Of a stretch of 32,000 bases of DNA, positions 27,509-32,000 are shown in pieces. Source of the stretch: Candidatus Hadarchaeota archaeon (GTDB lineage Archaea > Hadarchaeota > Hadarchaeia > Hadarchaeales > Hadarchaeaceae). The position numbers and the translations under genes are program-made. The DNA is taken from NCBI GenBank assembly GCA_964514965.1, contig CAZETV010000001.1, positions 300,001-332,000 on the forward strand, read 5' to 3'. The notes below the pieces were generated by a model. That model made no database searches. It saw only the letters and a program-made list of their open reading frames with translations, and was not told the origin of the DNA. The first letter of the stretch is position 1, and each line of letters opens with the position of its first letter.

Positions 27509-27775
27509 ATGCGAAAAATTCTGATAATATGGGACGTCAAAACCCGAGGCTCGCCAGCTACGCTCTTCTACAGAGCACTTCGGGGGTACGATTACCCGAC
27601 GAAGGCAGGCATGAGCCATTCTGCGGGGATTCTAGACGAGATGCCAGATGATGTCTGGGAGTTTATAAACAGGAGCACTTTGCTAATCGAGGAAGAGTAC
27701 GCCATGATGGTCGAAAAGATTTTCAAAGAGTTCAACAAACATTTAATCTGGCACAGGTTTGAGGTCGATATTTGA
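27509..27775 (+). CDS. Small hypothetical protein (88 aa) co-transcribed with cdc48
   Basis: The ORF has its own TATA box. Its stop lies 10 nt before the cdc48 ATG, and that gap contains the cdc48 SD (GAGGGTGAT). The alternating pattern ILIIWDV / [11 protein letters not shown] / SAGIL / DDVWEFI suggests a beta-alpha-beta fold. No family is recognised with confidence. Confidence 0.55.
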   Translation: MRKILIIWDVKTRGSPATLFYRALRGYDYPTKAGMSHSAGILDEMPDDVWEFINRSTLLIEEEYAMMVEKIFKEFNKHLIWHRFEVDI

Positions 27776-27785
27776 GGGTGATAGA

Positions 27786-30053
27786 ATGGCCGAGAAGGAA
27801 TTGAAACTCGTGGTCGCGGAAAATCGTCATCAGGCCTACGTTAACCGAGGTTTTGCCCTGATCGATGATGGAGTGATGAAACGGATCGGCATAAAGCAGG
27901 GCGATATGGTTGAGATAACCGGCCCTCGCTCGACCAGCGCGATTGCGATGAAGGGCTTTTCAGAGGACAAGGGGCTGGAGATCATCCGAATTGATGGACT
28001 CATCCGCCACAACGCTGGCACGTCGATAGGTGAAAAAGTCGTCGTACGGAAAGCCTCGGTGAAGGAAGCCAGAAATGTCACTATTGCGCCTACCGACCCC
28101 CGCGTCAAGTTCATGGCATCCGGGGAGGTAATCAAACGCAACTTGCTCGGGAGACCTCTTACAAAAGGAGACTTAATTACCCCAACACCTCCCCAAGAAC
28201 CTGTACGTATGGGGGGAGACCTTTTTGAGGAGTTATTCGGCGGCATCTTCGGTGGAATGGCTTTGCCGTTTGGCTTCGGTGAGGTAAAATTCGCTGTTAC
28301 CAACACCTCCCCGGCTGGCACCGTGCTCGTGACCGACATGACTAATATCGAAGTGCTCCAGCAGGCGGTGGAAGTTAAGGAGCTAAAAGTGCCTGCTGTA
28401 ACTTACGAAGACATCGGCGGGCTGAAGAAAGAACTCCAGCGCGTCCGAGAGATGATTGAACTCCCGTTAAAGCACCCAGAGGTCTTTGATCGCCTCGGGA
28501 TAGAGCCCCCAAAGGGAGTCTTATTGCATGGGCCACCGGGCACGGGAAAGACGCTGATAGCAAAGGCAGTGGCGAACGAGTCGGGGGCAAATTTCACCTC
28601 GATCGCCGGACCCGAGGTTATGAGTAAATGGTACGGGGAGAGCGAGGCCAAATTGAGACAAATTTTCGAGCAGGCCGAGAAAAATGCCCCCTCAATCGTC
28701 TTCATCGATGAGCTTGACGCGATATCCCCAAAGCGTGAAGAGGTAACCGGCGAGGTCGAGAGGCGAGTGGTGGCGACGCTCTGTACGGCGCTCGACGGAC
28801 TGAAAACTCGTGGGAATGTCATCGTCATCGGTGCCACGAACCGCGTCAATGCTTTGGACCCAGCGATTCGCCGCCCTGGCAGATTTGACCGTGAAATAGA
28901 AATCGGCGTTCCGGATCGCGATGGGCGCAAAGAAATCCTGCAGATTCACACTAGAGGAATGCCGCTAGCGAAGGATGTCAATCTCGACCATTATGCTGAC
29001 ATCACTCACGGTTTCGTCGGTGCAGACCTCGAGGCCTTGGCCAAGGAGGCGGCGATGAATGCCTTGCGGAGGATACTGCCAGAGATAAAGCTTGAAGAAA
29101 AAATCATCCCGCCAGAAGTGCTCGAGAAGCTTCAGGTGACAAAAGAAGACTTCGAAAACGCGCTAAAGATGGCGGAGCCCTCTGCGATGCGTGAGGTCTT
29201 GATCGAGATCCCGGATGTGCACTGGGAAGATGTGGGCGGGCTGGAGAACGCAAAACAGGAATTGATAGAAGCAGTCGAGTGGCCAATCAAATATCCGGAT
29301 GCATTCAAGCGCATCGGAATCGAACCCCCGCACGGAATTCTCCTCTATGGCCCACCAGGTACGGGCAAAACCCTGCTTGCGCGGGCGGTGGCGACCGAGA
29401 GTGAGGCAAACTTCATTTCGATTAAGGGGCCTCAACTATTGAGCAAATGGGTGGGAGAATCTGAGAAGGGAGTGCGAGAAACTTTCCGAAAGGCTAAGAT
29501 GGCTGCCCCCGCGATAATCTTTTTCGATGAGATTGACGCGCTCGTGCCTAGGCGCGGCTCCGGGTTCGGAGACACTCACGTGACCGAGCGAGTGATAAGC
29601 CAGCTGCTTACCGAGCTCGACGGTCTGGAAAAACTTGAAAATGTCGTCGTAATCGGTGCAACTAATCGTCCAGACCTAGTAGACCCAGCGCTGCTCCGTC
29701 CCGGCCGCTTCGACAGGCTTGTGTTGGCTCCAGCTCCTGACGAGAAAGCCCGTTTAGAGATACTCAAAATCCACGCCAAGGGCATGTCCCTCGGGAAAGA
29801 TGTTAATTTCAAATTATTAGCAAAAGAAACTAATGGCTACTCTGGGTCTGACATCGCCGCTCTATGCCGTGAGGCTGCGATGCGGGTGCTGCGAAAAGAC
29901 ATAAAGGGCAAGGAAGTTCGGATGCAAAATTTCCGCGAGGCGATGGAAGGTATCAAACCCTCCCTGACACCAGAGATGACCAAAGCGTATGAAACTTTCA
30001 CGGAGAGAAAAAGCAAGCGCGTGGCGGAAGAAGCGACGGGGATGCACTACTAA
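27786..30053 (+). CDS. cdc48: Cdc48/VCP-like AAA+ ATPase (two AAA domains plus N-domain)
   Basis: Walker A GPPGTGKT occurs twice and Walker B (VFIDELD / IFFDEID) twice. The second region of homology is present (GATNR...DPA.RRPGRFD twice). The N-domain resembles the double-psi barrel type (GDMVEITG...). Start chosen at ATG 27786 ([10 protein letters not shown]). Confidence 0.95.
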   Translation: MAEKELKLVVAENRHQAYVNRGFALIDDGVMKRIGIKQGDMVEITGPRSTSAIAMKGFSEDKGLEIIRIDGLIRHNAGTSIGEKVVVRKASVKEARNVTIAPTDPRVKFMASGEVIKRNLLGRPLTKGDLITPTPPQEPVRMGGDLFEELFGGIFGGMALPFGFGEVKFAVTNTSPAGTVLVTDMTNIEVLQQAVEVKELKVPAVTYEDIGGLKKELQRVREMIELPLKHPEVFDRLGIEPPKGVLLHGPPGTGKTLIAKAVANESGANFTSIAGPEVMSKWYGESEAKLRQIFEQAEKNAPSIVFIDELDAISPKREEVTGEVERRVVATLCTALDGLKTRGNVIVIGATNRVNALDPAIRRPGRFDREIEIGVPDRDGRKEILQIHTRGMPLAKDVNLDHYADITHGFVGADLEALAKEAAMNALRRILPEIKLEEKIIPPEVLEKLQVTKEDFENALKMAEPSAMREVLIEIPDVHWEDVGGLENAKQELIEAVEWPIKYPDAFKRIGIEPPHGILLYGPPGTGKTLLARAVATESEANFISIKGPQLLSKWVGESEKGVRETFRKAKMAAPAIIFFDEIDALVPRRGSGFGDTHVTERVISQLLTELDGLEKLENVVVIGATNRPDLVDPALLRPGRFDRLVLAPAPDEKARLEILKIHAKGMSLGKDVNFKLLAKETNGYSGSDIAALCREAAMRVLRKDIKGKEVRMQNFREAMEGIKPSLTPEMTKAYETFTERKSKRVAEEATGMHY

Positions 30054-30095
30054 GGTTTAATAAGGTTCAAAAATAAATTAGGGCGGAGGTATACT

Positions 30096-30398
30096 TTGCC
30101 GCAGGTTATGGTGAGTAAGCTCCGGGCGATAGGCATAATCTCGGACAGGGGCATGCAGGTGGGAAAGCTCCAAGATATTCTCTTTGATGAAAAAGACGGA
30201 AAGGTTCAATCGATTGTGGTAAAACCAATTTCGAAGGAGACGCTCGGGAACATCCCCCGCGACTCAAGCGGGAATGCTTTGATCCCGTTCAGCGCTGTTA
30301 TGTCAATACGCGATTTCATCGTCATCAACGAGCGCGTTTTAGCGATCCAGCAACTCAAGACGGGACCGAAGCCCGGCGTTCCAGAAATATTACCCTAA
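30096..30398 (+). CDS. PRC-barrel domain protein
   Basis: 100 aa. G..V.SDRGMQVGKLQDILFDEKDGKVQSIVV matches the PRC-barrel pattern. TTG start at 30096, or ATG at 30108. Confidence 0.65.
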   Translation: MPQVMVSKLRAIGIISDRGMQVGKLQDILFDEKDGKVQSIVVKPISKETLGNIPRDSSGNALIPFSAVMSIRDFIVINERVLAIQQLKTGPKPGVPEILP

Positions 30399-31085
30399 TT
30401 ACCACCCAAAGAATAATCTTGTCGAGAGTTCACTGGGTAACCCCGCAGTTTCCATTTTTTCGGCCGTAATCTTTACATCGTATCCAACTCTATGGAAGCT
30501 CACCTTTACCTCATTTCCCAAGTTCAAAACCGCGTAGCTAGCTCGAGGGTCGCGATCACGCGGCTGTCCAACCCCGCCCGGGTTAATAATCAACTTTCCA
30601 AAGACGACGCGCTCAACCGGCATGTGAGTATGACCGAGCAAGAGGATATCCGCATCCAAGTCGCGAACTAGTTCTGCGAGCACGCGGTTGGAAGTATCTG
30701 GAAAGATGTATTCGTTAAGCGGGTCACGGGGGCTACCATGCGCCACGTAGACCTTTTGCTTTCCGTACGTCAGCGTGAGGTGGGTTGGGAGGTTAGATAA
30801 AAATTCGAGATTTTCCTTGCTCAATTTACCGGCGGTCCAGAGTGCAGCCTTGGCCGCTAGCGGGTTGAACCCCAACACATCGCGTGTAACTGCCGCATGG
30901 TCATGATTGCCCATCACTATCTTCATCCGCTTCAATCTAGCCAACTTTACTACTTCGTTGGGATCAGCGGCGTAACCAACGAGGTCGCCCGCGCAAATGA
31001 GTTCATCAACGCGAGGCATGTCTTTGAGCACTGCTTTGAGCGCCGCGAGGTTTGAGTGTGGATCCGCTATTACGCCGATTTTCAC
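30399..31085 (-). CDS. Metallophosphoesterase, MJ0936/YfcE-like
   Basis: From GTG 31085 (GGTGG SD upstream) the protein begins VKIGVIADPHSN. Later motifs are CAGDLVGY, GNHD and GHTH, the canonical calcineurin-like phosphoesterase set. Confidence 0.8.
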   Translation of the reverse strand: MKIGVIADPHSNLAALKAVLKDMPRVDELICAGDLVGYAADPNEVVKLARLKRMKIVMGNHDHAAVTRDVLGFNPLAAKAALWTAGKLSKENLEFLSNLPTHLTLTYGKQKVYVAHGSPRDPLNEYIFPDTSNRVLAELVRDLDADILLLGHTHMPVERVVFGKLIINPGGVGQPRDRDPRASYAVLNLGNEVKVSFHRVGYDVKITAEKMETAGLPSELSTRLFFGW

Positions 31086-31192
31086 CGATACCACCAAGAC
31101 AACAAAGGAGCGAGATTTGTTTAAACCTGCACCCCACATAAATTTTAACAGCGCACGGGATTATTTTAGTTTCTGGCAGCACCACTCGAAAG

Positions 31193-31894
31193 CTAGTCCC
31201 GCATGCTGAGAATTTTCTCGATGGCTTCCGCGACGCCCTTTCCGTGAGGCTCGGCGGTCACGTAGGTCGATACGCGCTTCACCGCTTCGTCCGAGTTTGC
31301 CACGGCGAAGCTCGTCCCCGCGACTCCCAACATCTCGACATCGTTCAGACCATCTCCTATGGCCGCAACTTCGGCGAGCGGCACCATCAAGAACGAAGCG
31401 ACTTTTCGGAGCGCGTTTCCTTTGTTCACCTTTGGGCTTAAAATGTGAATCGTTGAACCCAAGTCGACGACGACTAGATTAAGTTTCTCTCGTCTGAAGA
31501 GCTCCTCGGCGGCCCCAGATTCGATTGTGCGCTTCAGGGATATGCTCGTGAGACGCGACCTTGAACTCCTAGTCTGCTGCAGAGGGCCAAATTCACGTTC
31601 AAGAACGGCCAGTCCACGCTCGGCATCGACACGGTCGCCTAGCACACATTCCCACCCGCTGGCGGGGTCAAATACAATTCCTCCATCCTCAGCTATCAGC
31701 GATCCCGAAGTCCCAAGCATGATTGCTGCAGTCTCCGCGAACGCGAGCACGTTCCCAGTTGCGAGCACCACGGGCAGGCCCGAATCCTCGGCCTTTTGAA
31801 CGGCGCTCACGCCAGCGATATCAAGTCTTCGGTTCTTAAAAGTCAGCGTGCCGTCTATATCGACAGCAACAAACCTAATCAAACTTCCACCCAA
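31193..31894 (-). CDS. HAD-IIB (Cof-type) phosphatase, archaeal phosphoglycolate-phosphatase-like
   Basis: Contains VAVDIDGTLT (motif I), ATGN (motif II region) and GDGLNDVEM (motif IV). TTG start at 31894, or TTG at 31882. Confidence 0.8.
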   Translation of the reverse strand: MGGSLIRFVAVDIDGTLTFKNRRLDIAGVSAVQKAEDSGLPVVLATGNVLAFAETAAIMLGTSGSLIAEDGGIVFDPASGWECVLGDRVDAERGLAVLEREFGPLQQTRSSRSRLTSISLKRTIESGAAEELFRREKLNLVVVDLGSTIHILSPKVNKGNALRKVASFLMVPLAEVAAIGDGLNDVEMLGVAGTSFAVANSDEAVKRVSTYVTAEPHGKGVAEAIEKILSMRD

Positions 31895-31895
31895 T

Positions 31896-32000
31896 TCAGT
31901 CCTTTATCCCTTGCCCGCTAATCATGAAAACAGCTTCAGCCTCGGGCAAGTTTGGGCTGTCAAATATCCGTGCGATTCGCTTTCCACCCTTGGACTTTCG
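31896..32000 (-). CDS. 3' end of an unidentified CDS continuing beyond the window
   Basis: The minus-strand frame is open from the window edge (...[34 protein letters not shown]) to a TGA at 31896-31898, 1 nt (31895) before the next gene's TTG start at 31894. The product is not recognisable from 34 codons. Confidence 0.3.
   Translation of the reverse strand, partial: RKSKGGKRIARIFDSPNLPEAEAVFMISGQGIKD

Noticed and set aside
27289-27651. A 120-codon plus-strand ORF overlapping the promoter and the 88-codon ORF in another frame
   Set aside because: It would run through the TATA box and both operator palindromes. It has no SD or promoter of its own and a compositionally odd translation. The 27509 frame fits the promoter geometry and the coupling to cdc48.
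28403-28930. A 175-codon minus-strand ORF, and other antisense ORFs, within cdc48
   Set aside because: They are antisense to a CDS with duplicated Walker A/B and SRH motifs, so they are shadow ORFs.

Overview
The window looks like an archaeal chromosomal segment. Evidence: archaeal-type genes (RtcA, single-domain NMN adenylyltransferase, ApgM-type phosphoglycerate mutase, Trm5, Cdc48/VCP, NurA-HerA), TTTATATA-type TATA boxes, GGAGGTGA Shine-Dalgarno sites, and frequent GTG/TTG starts. Hand-counted 60-nt samples give about 50% GC. Most of it is densely packed housekeeping: hisF(partial)-hisD-hisE-hisI, apgM, a homocitrate/isopropylmalate-synthase plus dehydrogenase pair, rtcA, ogt, NMNAT, thiC, two aminotransferases, an ABC-2 exporter, trm5, larC, usp, a Na+/H+ antiporter, cdc48, a PRC-barrel protein and two phosphatases. 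The unusual part is about 16.9-21.1 kb. It begins with a tRNA T-arm/acceptor-like fragment and a GC-rich (about 58%) PIN-like gene, followed by a 274-bp AT-rich spacer. Then comes a tightly SD-coupled four-gene operon (18189-21074). Three of its genes encode mutually paralogous uncharacterized proteins that share an N-terminal helix motif and a (V/I)PLLAMV...(D/E)F strand motif; one of them carries a C-terminal helix-hairpin-helix module. The fourth encodes an NlpC/P60-like Cys-His hydrolase with no signal peptide. I regard this operon as the best candidate for an undescribed system. It is convergent with a nurA-herA operon. A second notable signal is an 18-20 nt palindromic motif (TTGTTATAnATAyAACAA). 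It occurs twice around the TATA box of an 88-codon ORF co-transcribed with cdc48, and once more in the larC/usp intergenic region. All functional calls come from reading motifs in the supplied translations. No database search was possible.
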